Shown: positions 1-10,907, counted from the stretch's first letter. The stretch is DNA of 64,000 nucleotides from Amoebophrya sp. A120 (GCA_905178155.1 CAJINV010000013.1:1044344-1108343), one strand, 5' to 3'. Program-made: numbers and translations. Notes: generated by a model not told the origin, from the sequence alone.

Positions 1-262
1 AGGATGATGAACTGGAGCTCGTTGCAGAAGATGAGCTTGTGCTGGCGTTTCCTTTTACTGCAGACGACGAGGACGAGTCTGCAGCGACGACCCCGGATCG
101 CTGTGGTTCGGTAGCGTAGTACTGGTCTTGCTGGCGTTGATCAAAGGCAGCAGCCAAACCCATTCGAGAGCTCTTGCCGGTTCTTCCCGAAGATGACAAT
201 CCGTCCGCGGTCACCGCAGAGGACGAAGAAGCGCCACCGCGCTGCTCGTTTCCTGTTGCCAT
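1..262 (-). CDS. 5' part of a hypothetical Ser/Ala-rich protein (runs off the window)
   Basis: ATG at 262-260, then an open frame MATGNEQRGGASSSSAV... to position 1. Same strand and style as the other genes. Confidence 0.6.
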   Translation of the reverse strand, partial: MATGNEQRGGASSSSAVTADGLSSSGRTGKSSRMGLAAAFDQRQQDQYYATEPQRSGVVAADSSSSSAVKGNASTSSSSATSSSSSS

Positions 263-1301
263 CGGGTAGTTATTAGACACGATGTTTGTGACAAATTGTA
301 GATGTAAGTCAGCGTAACTGAAAGAACGAGATTGGTACTTTGACAACAGGCGGGCCCCTACGCAGCCACGCCTGCGCCTTGGCGATGTAGACAGCTTGTT
401 GGCGCTCACTGATTTCTACCAAAAAGGTGAAAACGATCGCGTTTCTTCACGTGCGTGGTGTAGTGCTCAACCACACTCACATGATCCTTTCGTTCACCGG
501 TTAATGCAAGTACTTACTCGTCGGGTGCTCATTCGTAAAGAAGAGCTCTTTGCACTTTCGTCAACTTCCCAAGTCAGATGTTAAGGGATCAAAAACGATC
601 TCAAAACAGAACGCACTTCATTTTTCCGTGCATTTGCGCCTGTCCTCCCGTGAGTGCATGCATGAAGGGGCCTGCCGAAATTTCTATCCTGCTCTCTCAT
701 CATCAACCAACAGTAAGTGTTGGTTTGGGCAACTTCACGCCGCTGCCTGCTCCTCGTGTCGAAGATACCACGACACATCGTAATCGTTCTCTTTATTATG
801 CAGTGAAGAAGATCGTAATCTTGCTCGGTCACGACGGACGAACACGCCGGAGGAAGAGGAGAGGACCGCAGCTTTTTTAGCGGTACAAACAAGAAGTCTT
901 CTCCCGTGGACACCAGTAGCAAGGCGTGCTTGTGTTATTTCAGAAGAATCAGAATCATCATCTTGATCTTCCTCAAACGTTGTAGTTTCATACATCGGAT
1001 ACAATACATTGATTCTGCAGACCACGGGCTGGGTGTCGGCTGCTCGTCAATCTTGATTATACATCGGTCTTCTAACCACGCGCATCAGCACAGGTATTAA
1101 AGCAAAAGAGAAAAAATATCTCGCACGAGCGAGCTCGTTGTTACATTTTCCAAGAGTGCATTAGGCTTGGTACATTCATCTGATTCAAAAAATTTAAATT
1201 AAGTAGTCTCACTTGAATACTGTTCTAGAGCAGTAGCACTATCATTTGCAATTTTTCCGCACAATGCGGAGTCCGTGTGATCAATCTTAACGGCTCGTGT
1301 T

Positions 1302-1317
1302 GTACGTACAACATCAA
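1302..1317. repeat. Left copy of the LINE target-site duplication
   Basis: GTACGTACAACATCAA, identical to 8832-8847. Confidence 0.9.
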
Positions 1318-1861
1318 CCCTTTGCTCGCCTCTTATGGCCTGCGAGTAACTGTCTGACATATACAGCTAAAGAATCCTGAGAGTAAGTCCTTTGCGAAAG
1401 CTCGAGAGAGCTTAGGCACTACAACAAGACCAAACACCACCCGTTTTAGCGGTGAACGACCTAGCGTAGGGAGTCGCACAGTTTGGATGAATCCGAGAAC
1501 TCACTGCTGCTGTGCTTCAGATAAGCTTCACACTACCACCTCATCCGTGTGAGCAGATCAACCTCCAAAGAGCCGCCAGTGCTGAACAACCCGCCTCACG
1601 TGCTCAACCTGACGTCAAACCGGATCCAAGAACCACAGCGCTACCAAAGGTCTCGCTGACTCTCCAACCACCGGAGCGGAAGGAGAGGTATACCGACGCC
1701 ACCGGGGGCCACAGGAAAACACGGAGTTATGCCCTGCGCCGCCAGTTACCACCGCCTAGGCTTGGAGCCTTGCCTTTTCTTTTGTTGGGATTTTTTTCCC
1801 TTCCAGCTTGGCGGGTGCTGGAAGGCGGCGCTGTTCTTTCTTTTACTGTTTTGCGCTCTTG

Positions 1862-1896
1862 TTTTTTTTTTTTTTTCCCTTTTTTTTTTTTTTTTT
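1862..1896 (-). repeat. Internal A17-GGG-A15 tract in the LINE 3' region
   Basis: T15-CCC-T17 on the plus strand, about 540 nt inside the 3' TSD. Confidence 0.85.
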
Positions 1897-2509
1897 CTTC
1901 ATGGCGACTCGCGCTGCTCAGATGCAGTTCCTCCTCAATCTAGCCTGCAGGAGCGGGCTGAGCTATGCTTCAGTACGGTCTTAATTCAACTGCAGGCCGT
2001 GTTTGGTCTTAGAATATGGAAAAAGAAATAGAAAAACGCTTTTATTGTGAACCCTTCTGCTCCTGTCTAGAATGGGCGGGACTCTTCATTTTTCTGGATC
2101 TTTACCTAAAGGCTAGGAGGTCACTTTCTATAAGAAAAGTCAGCTTTTGTTCGTCTTTAGATAGGCCGAGACTCTCATTTTTCTGGAACTTTCAAAACAC
2201 TGCCTGTGGCTGAGGTGAGCTGAGTTTGTAACAACAGCAGTACATCCCGGCACTGTTTCTTTACTTGATCGCCGGAAACTTGCTGAGGTCTGAGTTTTAC
2301 AGTTATTTTTGGTCGGTAAACTCTGTACTAATAGCGTGCTTGAACGTGAGCTCTGTACAGCTATTGCGTTTGAAACGTGAGAGAAACTGATCCTGGGTAG
2401 CACGCGTCGCTGTCGGATCTTCTCTTTTTGGAACTGAAAACACACAGTAAAACTAACGCGGGTCGAGCAGGAACAGTTAGATTGTCAAAAGAAAGGAGAC
2501 ACAAAATGT

Positions 2510-5500
2510 CTATTCTCCTCTCTGTCTTTTAGCTAGAGCTTGCTGCGCCTCCTCATACCACACCACTGGATTACTTTCTTTTTCCTCTTCTCTAGTCGGC
2601 TTGTCCCGTGTCGCCCTGTGAGGCCAGTTGTGGTCTGCTGGTATCTGCTCATCTGGCATCTGGACCGCTTGGAGGAGTCTGTTCAGCTGGTTCTTCGGCT
2701 TCTTTTTGATGCAGTCGATGGCATCGCGGCCCTTGTGCGTAGCAGCTTCTGGTACTGCTGGGCATTCTACGAGGAGATGATCGACGATCCTCGTAAAGCA
2801 CCTCACGTCAACTCCATCTTCCTCTTTCCCTTCTCGGATCCACGCACCACCGTTTACTCGCCTCACTTTCACATCCCCACTGCAGAGCCGGCAAACTGGT
2901 CTCCCTGCTTCGTCCCTCCTGACTGCAGTGACAGGGAGAAAAGATTCTCCTGACCAGAGGGACAAAGCTGCACGCTCCTGTTGGGGGGTAAGGCCGGCAA
3001 GAGGGACGCGGCCGAGCTTCTTGATTCTTTTCGCCCGGTGCAGGGTCGTAACATCTCGATCTGCCCCTTCATCATCATGCTGCTGCTTTCTTCGCCTTGA
3101 TTCTCGCACCAACATCTTCACTCGGTTTTTCGTGAGACTGGTTTCTTCTGGTGCTTCTGGATCCTCGTCGTATTCCGCTAGGCAGTCCGCTATGACGTTG
3201 AGGCGGAATCCTCTATGCGAGGGCACCCAGCAAATGACTATTTCTGCTGCGGGGAAAGCGTCGAGGATCTTGTTGATGAGGGTGCGGAGGCTGTGCATCG
3301 TCTCGAGCCTGCTGCAGTCGTTCGCCAAGGCCTGTAGCACTCCGTTTGCGTCGGTGAAGATTTTGATCGTGCGGAGACCAGGGTGGATGTGCTCTGGTAG
3401 GATCCTCAGCAGCTGGTCCAGGGCGATCGCTTCGACGTCAAACTGTGGGAAATCTGACCAAACTTTGTAGGTCGTCCCGAAAGAATCATCTGCAGTTTCC
3501 ACATAGCAGTTTGCCCGCTTGGCCTGTGACCCGTCCACATCATGCTGCTGGGCCGGAGCTTGGCCCCCGTCCGCACTGGCCCGCAGTTCATCTTCAGGCA
3601 CCGGCAAGGCACAGTATGACTGCGACATTTTAGTTGCTAGCTCTTCCTCCTCGCCATGGGTGACGCCGAACTCTTTGTACATGTCCGCAGCAGTTTTGAT
3701 CGTTATCCTCCTCTCGTCACTCCATTCCGGTTGTTTGTGCAAATCTCCTCTGGAGACGTTCTTTCCCATTGCTGAACCGGCAAGGAAATATTCCATCGTG
3801 TCCCGCTCATCCTGCAACACAGAGATGGGATCGTCCATGCCGACCAGGGCGAAGGATGCCTGGACTGGGAAAGTGGGCGAGAGCCCCATTACTGCCCGCA
3901 CTGACCGCGCAACCACCGATCGCAGCTCGTCTTTCTCGGCCTTGTTGTTCTCAATGCCTTCGAATAAGGCTGCTGCTCCGTAGTTCAGCAACGATCTGCA
4001 CTGCTCGTTGAAAAATTTCAGGTCATCTGCAGGCGTCCGCTCAGACGGTGGGACAGCTGGCCTGCTTTTGGTCTTTGCGAGAATCTTCAATCTCCTCTTC
4101 GCTGATTCTCGCGCGGCGCTCCCACAGCTTTGGAGGATGAAGCCGAGGTAGTCGAAGCAGGTGCTGTCCCTCGCCCTCCCGCCTGTCGCCCGCATCCACT
4201 CGGTTTTCGAGAAGACCAAGCCAGTGCGGGATTGCCAGCCGGTGACGTACTCCTCTGCTTTTTCCCGCTGGGTGTCGGCTGCTTCGTCCTCGAATTCGAA
4301 CAGCAGCAGGATGTCGTCCGCGAAGATTTCGGGCATGTGGGTAACAATCGTCCTGTCTAGAAGCTCCACCGCTTCTGACAGGTACACGACCCACAATGCC
4401 GGTGGTAGGCGTGGGCCTTGGCCCATTCCTACCACCGGCGTCCAGCGTATCAGGATGTGTCCGTCGACCAAGACAGCGTGGACGCGCTCGCGTATCCAGC
4501 AGTACAGCTGGAACGCGAGCTCCCGGGAGGCGCCCCGGGCGATGAGTCTCTTCATGAGGGATGAAAACAACACATTTTCAAAACCCCCTTCCACGTCCGC
4601 TTTTCTCGCGAACTTGACGCGGCCCGGGGACTTGCGGCGGAAGAATCGCACCACCCGGAATAGGGATGCGTCGGCACTGCGGCCCGGAAGGTATGCATTC
4701 GCCTCAAGCACTTCCTTCGCTACGGAAAAAAGCTCTTCCAAAAGCAGTCCCTCTGGGACTTTGTCGCACGCCTCCGGCAGCGCCACTGGTCGCTCGTTCT
4801 CCACCAGTCCCAGCTTCTCCAGCACCTTGGGAATGGCGGAAATCAAGTTCACCTTGACGAACTTCATGGGCCGCATTGCGTTGTAATCCTCCACCTGCTC
4901 ACCTAGCCACTTGCTCCAATAGGCTTGCGGCACCAGTTTGATGGACTCGGGCCGGGTGCCTGACATCCCTGGTGACCGTTTGGGGAAAACAGCAGCAAGG
5001 GCCCTAGCCATCGCGCCCGATTTCCACGCGACTTTTTTGCTGGGTGCTTCGTAGATGATGCGCAGGATGTCTAGGTGGCTCACTGGATCGCCGCCTTTTG
5101 GCTCCTTTCGCCGAAAGCGCCGCTCCCTTGATTTTGCTATTTCCATCGGATCCACCATGATCTTCCCGGCGGCAACGTCCATGAGAATAGCTCTCCTTCT
5201 GGACTTTTTCCCCGCTGTCTTTGTGATCCCCGCCTTGCCCAGGGCTGCTGTGACGTCCGCCTGTAGGTCCAGCCGGCTGCTGTGGTCCTCGCTTCTGTGT
5301 TCCAGCGCCTCGACAAATGCTTTCTCCTGGCCCGCGGTCAGCTGCACTGGTGCTCTCAGCCTTGGCTGTGACTCAGAAGGAAATTTCGGCGGCTTCACCT
5401 TCGTGTAAGCGGACTGCTCGATGGTGACCCAGACACCTTGGTGGTCGGAGGAGATGTAAATCGGCGGCTCCACCTCGGCCGTCAGCGTCTTGTCTTGCTT

Positions 5501-6508
5501 GTCCCGGACGAAAGCGACGTCGGGCCTCGTGCGGGATTCCGCCGTAACCCGCGAGGGGGTGTCCGGCAATAGGTCCTCGATGGTGTCACTGTGCTCTTCA
5601 TGCCACCGCCTCACCTTCTTCTCGTTGTTCCAGTCACCTGTTGCTATTGCTGTTCTCCCGCTGAAGCCGCTCTCCATCAGGTCCAGCACCACCTCGAGCT
5701 CGTCTTTTCTTCTGTCGATTTCGGAGGCCCGTCGTCCTTGCCCGCTTGGTGGTTTAACGTAGCCCGCAACGACGGATATGTTGTTTACTACTAGTTGGAA
5801 CATGGATCGCGTGCTCCCTACTTGCTGGATGATTTTCCCCTTGTCATCTTTCCCGTAAGTTTCCCCGTGCGCCAGGGCAAAAACTACTTCATCAAACTTG
5901 ATCACTTTGTAGTGGTCGTCGAGTGCTGCCTTGAAACGTTTCCACGGCTCCTCGTCTTCCGGTGGAAATTTGAAGTCTATCAGCGCACAGACTCGTGGCG
6001 CCAGTGACAGCACTTCTGCTGCCGCTAGCAGTTCCGGACGGTAGTCTTTGCCAGGTTTTCCGGATCGGAAGCCCCTGGTATTCAGGACGAAGAGGGTGAG
6101 GGGAAACCTCTTCTCATCGCTTTTGACCTCTATGAGCGGCGGCTGGATGCAGCGCTGGTCTAACTGTTCCGTAATCTTCTGGCTGGTTGATTTCCAATCC
6201 ATCTCCTCGAAGCGGGTGCGTATCTGTAGTCTCTCGTCGTCGCTGATGGAGGTTACTACTTCATGGTGCTGTTGCCACCAGCCTCCTTTCGTGGTCCTCG
6301 AGATGGCGAAGGGCAGGCCTTCGCGCCAGAATATGCTGCCCTTGTTGACTGCTTCCGCCAGCTCAATCTCCTCCTGCTTCTTCACCTGCGACTTGATCAG
6401 TTGGAGCGGCGCGGCCTTTTCCCGCTCTGATAGCTCCACCGGGGGGATCCAGAGAGGGTGAGAGATGAAGCCTGAGAGCGGCCCCGATCTAGAGCGACCA
6501 GCATCCAT
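2510..6508 (-). CDS. LINE ORF2 polyprotein (APE endonuclease, reverse transcriptase, RNase H, C-terminal Cys/His motif), 1332 aa
   Basis: APE motifs LNTRG, TGDWN, RPDVAF, SSDHQGV. RT motifs ERPVAL, ADVEGGFENV, GMGQGPRLPP, FADD, YLGFIL. RNase H motifs ADGG, EAIAL, IFTDA, WVPSHRGFRLNVIAD. C-terminal CRLC...HLLVEC. Confidence 0.95.
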   Translation of the reverse strand: MDAGRSRSGPLSGFISHPLWIPPVELSEREKAAPLQLIKSQVKKQEEIELAEAVNKGSIFWREGLPFAISRTTKGGWWQQHHEVVTSISDDERLQIRTRFEEMDWKSTSQKITEQLDQRCIQPPLIEVKSDEKRFPLTLFVLNTRGFRSGKPGKDYRPELLAAAEVLSLAPRVCALIDFKFPPEDEEPWKRFKAALDDHYKVIKFDEVVFALAHGETYGKDDKGKIIQQVGSTRSMFQLVVNNISVVAGYVKPPSGQGRRASEIDRRKDELEVVLDLMESGFSGRTAIATGDWNNEKKVRRWHEEHSDTIEDLLPDTPSRVTAESRTRPDVAFVRDKQDKTLTAEVEPPIYISSDHQGVWVTIEQSAYTKVKPPKFPSESQPRLRAPVQLTAGQEKAFVEALEHRSEDHSSRLDLQADVTAALGKAGITKTAGKKSRRRAILMDVAAGKIMVDPMEIAKSRERRFRRKEPKGGDPVSHLDILRIIYEAPSKKVAWKSGAMARALAAVFPKRSPGMSGTRPESIKLVPQAYWSKWLGEQVEDYNAMRPMKFVKVNLISAIPKVLEKLGLVENERPVALPEACDKVPEGLLLEELFSVAKEVLEANAYLPGRSADASLFRVVRFFRRKSPGRVKFARKADVEGGFENVLFSSLMKRLIARGASRELAFQLYCWIRERVHAVLVDGHILIRWTPVVGMGQGPRLPPALWVVYLSEAVELLDRTIVTHMPEIFADDILLLFEFEDEAADTQREKAEEYVTGWQSRTGLVFSKTEWMRATGGRARDSTCFDYLGFILQSCGSAARESAKRRLKILAKTKSRPAVPPSERTPADDLKFFNEQCRSLLNYGAAALFEGIENNKAEKDELRSVVARSVRAVMGLSPTFPVQASFALVGMDDPISVLQDERDTMEYFLAGSAMGKNVSRGDLHKQPEWSDERRITIKTAADMYKEFGVTHGEEEELATKMSQSYCALPVPEDELRASADGGQAPAQQHDVDGSQAKRANCYVETADDSFGTTYKVWSDFPQFDVEAIALDQLLRILPEHIHPGLRTIKIFTDANGVLQALANDCSRLETMHSLRTLINKILDAFPAAEIVICWVPSHRGFRLNVIADCLAEYDEDPEAPEETSLTKNRVKMLVRESRRRKQQHDDEGADRDVTTLHRAKRIKKLGRVPLAGLTPQQERAALSLWSGESFLPVTAVRRDEAGRPVCRLCSGDVKVRRVNGGAWIREGKEEDGVDVRCFTRIVDHLLVECPAVPEAATHKGRDAIDCIKKKPKNQLNRLLQAVQMPDEQIPADHNWPHRATRDKPTREEEKESNPVVWYEEAQQALAKRQRGE

Positions 6509-7618
6509 CCTGCAACTCTTCTTTTGCCAGCGCTAACGTAATGTGAAAAGCAGACTTTCTACCAAAAACGGTCGCAATTTTTAAATTTTAATTGGAAACC
6601 TCGTAGTACCTGGGTCAAAAAGATACAAAATTACAAAAATGGCCAGCGTTTTGGGTGGTAAAGAGTCATATTATCTTACTTGTTTCGATCTGTAACCCAA
6701 TGGAGAAGCTATATCGTTGTGCTTAATCCTTGCCCCGGTCCCTCTTCTACCCTGGCCCAAGAAAGAAAGAAAGAAAGTAACCGAACTTCTCACACGAGCT
6801 GCGAAATCGGAGATCTCCGCGACCGACAAGTCAAGTCCTGTTCCTTGTGGGGAAACCTATGGCGGCTCTTCACAAAAACGACCTCTTGTCTACCGACGTT
6901 CATCTGAGCGGGAGTCGCTGTCTCATCACCAGGCACAGAAAAGAATATACCGATCACCCCCTGGTCCAGTCGGCTTTTCCGAGCGGACTTATACTTTGAT
7001 CTTTTCTCCTGTCGCGCTGTCTTGGAGCATCTTCGAATCAATCTCCGAAAGCAAAGCGTGAACTTTTGAACCTCGAGGCGAGCACTGGTGGACACTACCG
7101 ACACTGCCGACTGGCAGCCTAGGGGACAGGAAGAAACGAAAAGAAAAAGCTGCAGGTCCTATATCTATCCACTTTGCAATGCTTATCTCCGGCCCATTTT
7201 CGTCCTTCATTCTGCATTGCAAAGTGGGAAGCATGATAATAGAGGAAGTGCCTCTATCTCATCCTGTTCTCTGAGTAAACCACTACGCAGCGGTGTCTTT
7301 GCTGTCTTTTTACATTTACTTGCGTCTATTCAAAATTTTTAGGCTTGTGATATCGTGAGCATGGAAGTGTACAGGGAGTAGTCTTCGAAAATTGCATCAT
7401 TCAAATTGTAAATAGATATAATCCGTCGTAACTAGAATAATGAAAACTTTGAAAAGCCTTTAGATTTATAGTCTTGTAGCTAGTGAATAGGTCTGTCTTT
7501 CTCTTCCTAGTAAATAACTCTTTTGTGGTTAAAGTCTCCTTTGTAAATTTTGATTTTTCTTGAGTTCTCTACTCTCGCCCTGTGCATCTCCTCCTCGCAC
7601 CTGCTCGGAAAATCCAAG

Positions 7619-8383
7619 CTACTCCTCCTCCTTCTCCATTTTCACTTTTTTCGGTTCCGGCACCTTTTTCTCTTCCTGATCCCAGACTCCCTCGACCCAC
7701 TGTCTCCACTCTTGCGAGGAGTAGGTCTCTCCCTGCCCGTTCTCGCCTTCATCCGCTGGCCGCTTGTTGGACGTCATCGAGGGGACGCTACTTTCTGCTT
7801 GGTGGGCGGGCATCTGCATCTGGAAAATGGAGTGGGCACTGGGTGTCCCGCAAAGCTGCTGCTGCGTCATGTTGTTCATCATCATGTTCTGCATCGTCAT
7901 CGGGATCCCGAACATGTCCGTCATCATCAGGCCTTGCTGGTAGCCTGCGCCCATCATCGGTAGCATCGGGCGCGGGAAGTGGTGGGTGTCCTGGATCTTC
8001 GGAATTGGCGCCGGAATACCGCTCAGGAAGTAGTCAACTTCTTCCTCTGCTGGGGACTGGTCCTGTATTTTCTTTGTCTTTTTACTCCAGATGGTCGCAT
8101 TTCCCCCCTGCCATTCGTCTAAGAAGGTGGCTACTTTCAGCTCCTCGATGCTGACGTTCTTGTGCTCTCCCTCTCCCTTGATGAAGTCGCGGAGCTTGTT
8201 GTAAGTGGGTTGGACTACTACTGTTTTCTTTTTGGTGTCGTACAGAATCAAGTAATGCACTGCGCCGGATTTTAGTTTGATCGTCCACCGTTCCTCGGTT
8301 CCGCTTTCCCAGCTAGTGACGCTATCTAATGCCACTGCCCTGGCAATGGCAAAGAGCCTGTCTCGCCGGTAGTCATCGACCAT
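7619..8383 (-). CDS. LINE ORF1 candidate, 254 aa
   Basis: ATG-initiated intact ORF inside the TSD-bounded element, upstream of ORF2. Globular-looking first ~100 aa, Met/Gln-rich middle, basic PKKVK tail. Confidence 0.75.
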   Translation of the reverse strand: MVDDYRRDRLFAIARAVALDSVTSWESGTEERWTIKLKSGAVHYLILYDTKKKTVVVQPTYNKLRDFIKGEGEHKNVSIEELKVATFLDEWQGGNATIWSKKTKKIQDQSPAEEEVDYFLSGIPAPIPKIQDTHHFPRPMLPMMGAGYQQGLMMTDMFGIPMTMQNMMMNNMTQQQLCGTPSAHSIFQMQMPAHQAESSVPSMTSNKRPADEGENGQGETYSSQEWRQWVEGVWDQEEKKVPEPKKVKMEKEEE

Positions 8384-8831
8384 AGTTTTTGTTTTCCTTT
8401 TATTTTTTTTTGAACTATGAGACTACAACCACTTAGGGTGTAAGAAGGAGACAACACGTCATCAGAATACACAATCACTATACCCCTTCTCTGCCCTATC
8501 CCCTCTCTTTCCTCCCTGAGAGGCGAGGAGAAAACAAAAACAGAAAAGAAAAGGCCCTGGTTCCCACTCTCCTCCCCCCCACGATGAGTTAGATTCTTGC
8601 TTCCCCCAGGAGAGACAGAGGCAGTAAGAATGCTGTAGTCCTAATCTCTCGGTCGGTAAAGAAAAACGACTCTCTCTTCCCAGAAAAGAAAAACGAGCGG
8701 TAGAATAAAAGACGATGGCCGATGGTTGATTCTCTCTTTTGCTGGACTACCTTTACTACCTGGTTTGTGGCCAGGCATTACAGGCATTCTAGCGGAACAC
8801 TGTCAAGCTTCATGAAGATGTAAAACATTCG

Positions 8832-8847
8832 GTACGTACAACATCAA
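8832..8847. repeat. Right copy of the LINE target-site duplication
   Basis: GTACGTACAACATCAA, identical to 1302-1317. Confidence 0.9.
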
Positions 8848-8893
8848 AGATTCTACTGCTCCGTTCTCGCCGTTCTCATTCCCACCGCGTTTT

Positions 8894-10162
8894 TTATTTC
8901 TCCATTTTCTCTAACTTTTGCAAAAACGCCGCCGTGCCGCGCAGGTTTCCGCGGCGGGGAGTAGCGGAAGAGGAGCGTGGTGTCGAGGCCGGACTGCTGG
9001 CGGAGGAGGAGGCGCTGGTGGGGGTCGTTTCAGCGTCCGATGGACTCTTCAGACGAGACGACATTTCCGGTTTCTCGGGTGACGTACTCGTTTTTGAGAC
9101 CGAACTTCTTGAATCAGCGTGAAGATCATCCACCGGCCGCTGTTGTTCTCTTTCTGCAGCTTCGTCACCGCGAGTTCTATCTTTGCCGCCTTTATCAGCA
9201 GACAACTCGTCCTCATAGTTGTCATTCGAGACGGTTTGTCCGTCCTTTGCGTGCTCCTCGTCGTCCTGCGTGACTTGCAGATTGGAAGACGCAGAGGGCA
9301 ACTCCTCGGTCACCTTCTCCTTCATCAGGGGTGCACTTGTTTTCGTGTTGCTTCCCTGAGACTTCTTCACATCTCCGTGGAGGTCCTGCGTCTTGCCGGA
9401 GCTCTTCTCGCTCTTCGTGGTCCCATTCTTGTTTTGTTCCCTCCTGGCGGCCTTCAGTGCCCGCCGCGCACCCAGTGCAGCTCCGCCCACCGCTGCAACC
9501 GAGCCGGCGACAACCGCCGCTTCGCCTGCGTGCTGCTTCACGGTGTCAGCCACAGGGGCCATTTTTGAGGTTAAGCTCGTTGCAAGGGAGGCAGGCGATG
9601 CTGGCGCAGGGGAGGCGGAGGATGCGGATGTCGTCTCGTCGGGTGTAGAAGTAGTTTGGCCACCCCGTTCTTCCCGTGCAGGAGATGGAGCAGGTGTGGC
9701 TCCATGGCGGCTACTGGGATGCGGGTGGTGGTGGTGGTGGTGGGAACGATGATGACTTTGGTGACCGGCATCGTGTTGATCATGGTGGTGATGATGCGTC
9801 GTTGCAGCATCATGACCATGCTCGTGAACGTGACTGCGTCCGCCGTGCTGTGAAGAACTGTGGTCGTCCTCGTGTTGCGACGCTGCTGCAGCGCCGTCCG
9901 GCGCAGGGGCGGACTCATGGTCTTGGTCGTGGTCCACCGCAATTGGGTCTGGGACGTGCAGCGGATCTCCTGATGTTTGCTGGTGATTGTCGTCGAGCAC
10001 CAAAGTTGGCGCGTACTCCGGGCGGGTCCTGACGGACTCGGTTCCGCCGTGGACATCGAAGAACTCGTGAATATTCATGTCCGTATGCCGATCCGTGTCC
10101 TGCCCTGTAACCAAGCCGAGGTGGTCCCCATGCTGATTCAGTCCTGCCAATATTTCGTTCAT
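8894..10162 (-). CDS. Hypothetical His-rich low-complexity protein with one Ala/Gly/Val hydrophobic segment (5' exon unresolved)
   Basis: 422-aa ORF with poly-His tracts and AAVVAGSVAAVGGAALGA. The frame stays open about 60 nt upstream, to a TAG acceptor near 10213. Confidence 0.75.
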   Translation of the reverse strand: MNEILAGLNQHGDHLGLVTGQDTDRHTDMNIHEFFDVHGGTESVRTRPEYAPTLVLDDNHQQTSGDPLHVPDPIAVDHDQDHESAPAPDGAAAASQHEDDHSSSQHGGRSHVHEHGHDAATTHHHHHDQHDAGHQSHHRSHHHHHHPHPSSRHGATPAPSPAREERGGQTTSTPDETTSASSASPAPASPASLATSLTSKMAPVADTVKQHAGEAAVVAGSVAAVGGAALGARRALKAARREQNKNGTTKSEKSSGKTQDLHGDVKKSQGSNTKTSAPLMKEKVTEELPSASSNLQVTQDDEEHAKDGQTVSNDNYEDELSADKGGKDRTRGDEAAEREQQRPVDDLHADSRSSVSKTSTSPEKPEMSSRLKSPSDAETTPTSASSSASSPASTPRSSSATPRRGNLRGTAAFLQKLEKMEK

Positions 10163-10907
10163 ACTAAGCAGGGCCTGCGTATGAACCCCAGGTGGCTCGG
10201 CCCAGGACTGCTCTACAAGAGTGATTTATACAGCAGTGCAAACATGTCTTGGCGCGGAACCAAATTTCAAAAAATGCAAGAAAGAAACAGCAACGCGGTG
10301 TCAAGAGTTTCTTGGTGTTGATTTCCAGAAGTTCTGAAATTCATGCGAGACTATCAGCCTGATCATACTCTCGCATGTTGCGAATGATAGCCACTTCAGT
10401 GGCGTCAATATTATTGCTGCCACTCTTCACTGAAGTGGTGGCCTTATCTTGATTATCTATACTTGTTTATGAGATCACGGCAGCCTCTTTGGGTGCGCGC
10501 ACCCACCCACAGACTCCTCGGATCGGCGCGTGCAAAGGTCGAGCGCGCGGCCACACGGAAGTGTTGCACTTGCTCGGTACAAATAAGTAAACGTTTTTTC
10601 TCCGTGTGCGTCATACCCTCACGCTCAAGCGTATGCATCCTCCTACCAGAAGGCCGACAATGTCGGCCGTCTCCGACCGCCGTGAATTTTATTTTGCTGC
10701 CCCTTTTTACAGGCGGGAAATCGCAAGAATCTACGAAGGCGGGTCTCCCAGAAGTCCCAAAAAAGCGCCATTTTTGCTTGCAGGTCTGCGTCCATGGGGT
10801 CGCGCATATCAACATTTCATACGCAAAAGCGATCAGAAATTGCAACGAACTCTATCTCGTCTATGTAAAAAAAAAATAGCTGCATATGAGTACTAGATTT
10901 GAACGCT

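Larger units (their letters stand above)
1318..8831 (-). mobile_element. Full-length non-LTR retrotransposon (LINE; APE-RT-RNase H, I/Ingi-like domain order), 7,514 bp
   Basis: Bounded by an identical 16-bp direct repeat GTACGTACAACATCAA (1302-1317 and 8832-8847). Contains two intact minus-strand ORFs, the second with endonuclease, RT and RNase H motifs. Confidence 0.9.

Noticed and set aside
581-1025. Small minus-strand gene
   Set aside because: Two overlapping short ORFs with no recognisable motif or resolvable structure.
1376-1416. Hammerhead-ribozyme-like string CTGAGA-stem-GAAA-stem near the LINE 3' end
   Set aside because: The core lacks one nucleotide of CUGANGA, stem I does not pair, and it is antisense to the element.
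1377-1475. TPP-riboswitch-like words CTGAGA and AGCGTAGGGA
   Set aside because: The P5 stem-loop and correct spacing are missing, and the context is a retroelement UTR.
6790-7618. Stop-codon-reassigned ORF between LINE ORF1 and ORF2 (contains GDFNH at 7525-7539)
   Set aside because: All other genes read cleanly in the standard code, and one 5-residue motif is not enough evidence.
8384-8831. HDV-like or twister ribozyme in the LINE 5' UTR
   Set aside because: Only an isolated hairpin (CCTGG-CCACAAA-CCAGG) and a TCCTCG word without the required pairings were found.
10227-10389. Degenerate family A element upstream of the His-rich gene
   Set aside because: The left end resembles the family A TIR, but there is no TSD and no convincing upstream exon.
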